A DNA stretch of 64,000 nucleotides, taken from positions 1 through 64,000 of the IMG/VR virus record IMGVR_UViG_3300031952_000001; one strand, given 5' to 3'. The translations under genes were made by a program, and so were the position numbers. Numbering within the stretch: position 1 is the stretch's first letter; every line of letters starts with the position of its first letter. Under the pieces are notes generated by a model. That model searched no databases. It saw only the letters and a list, made by a program, of their open reading frames with translations, and had not been told where the DNA came from. Shown here piece by piece: positions 63,477 through 64,000 of this stretch.

Positions 63477-64000
63477 GTGGTGAAGGACAAAGAGAAGAAG
63501 GCCGCGGAATCTGTGGTCGAGCCGGCAGTGGACATTCTCCGCAAGATCCAGGCGGAGAAGGAAAGCCAGGTGTACGGGATCCAGATGCTGGAGGGCACGA
63601 AGATCGAAAACGTGCCACGGTCTTCTTCCGGCATCTTGAGCGTCGACATCGCTCTGGGGGGTGGGTATCCCTTGGGTCGTGTCGTTGAGATCTACGGATC
63701 TGAGGCCTCCGGGAAAACGACCCTCACCCTTCATGCCATCGCAGAGGTGAATCGCAAGGGTGGGACCGCGGCGATCATCGATCTGGAGAACGCCTTGGTC
63801 CCTGCGTACGGGAAGGTGCTGGGTGTCGACTGGTCGAAGACCTTGATCTCGCAACCCGATAACGCAGAGGTCGCGCTGAACCTGGTCGAGCACCTTTGCG
63901 GCCACATGAAGTCGGGCGACATGATCGTCGTGGATTCGGTGGCTGCGCTCACCCCCGAGGCTGAGATGAGCGGGGAGATGGGGGACTCGCACATGGGTCT
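63477..64000 (+). CDS. recA: RecA recombinase, 5' part (runs off the window; absent from the ORF track)
   Basis: [41 protein letters not shown]...ISQPDNAE...[25 protein letters not shown]. Confidence 0.96.
   Translation, partial: MVKDKEKKAAESVVEPAVDILRKIQAEKESQVYGIQMLEGTKIENVPRSSSGILSVDIALGGGYPLGRVVEIYGSEASGKTTLTLHAIAEVNRKGGTAAIIDLENALVPAYGKVLGVDWSKTLISQPDNAEVALNLVEHLCGHMKSGDMIVVDSVAALTPEAEMSGEMGDSHMG

Noticed and set aside
1-64000. tRNA/rRNA genes, CRISPR arrays, inteins, group I/II introns, DGR reverse transcriptase, stop-codon reassignment, strong intrinsic terminators
   Set aside because: None was recognised by eye: polymerase, helicases and recA appear uninterrupted, and TAG/TGA/TAA all end genes normally. 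A tRNAscan/Infernal run would be needed to exclude RNAs fully.

Overview
A 64-kb segment of a large, GC-rich (coding regions typically ~60-63% GC) contractile-tailed (myovirus-type) bacteriophage. Nearly all real genes are on the + strand. 1-38.4 kb is the late/virion module: holin and spanin-like cassette, neck proteins, tail sheath, two tail-tube paralogs, a tail-assembly chaperone with a -1 programmed frameshift, three tandem colinear tape-measure paralogs (the third ending in a SleB-like cell-wall hydrolase), baseplate, and a 1.58-kaa beta-helix tail fibre, plus two freestanding HNH endonucleases. 38.4-64 kb is an early/replication module with sigma70-type promoters: a regulator, an (SD)15 Cys-rich lipoprotein, a minus-strand IS200/IS605 tnpB, a 5'-3' exonuclease-UDG fusion, an RNR TSCPD domain, SNF2 helicase, NUDIX, DnaC-like loader, DnaB-like helicase, primase, putative sigma factor, beta-clamp-like protein, family A DNA polymerase, endolysin, DnaX-like clamp loader, an SSB-like protein with a long P/Q/G tail, and a partial recA. 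No tRNA, rRNA or CRISPR array was seen. The strongest novelty candidate is the three-paralog tape-measure system, whose core length is conserved to within one residue (359/360/359 aa). All annotations come from visual motif recognition; no database search was run.
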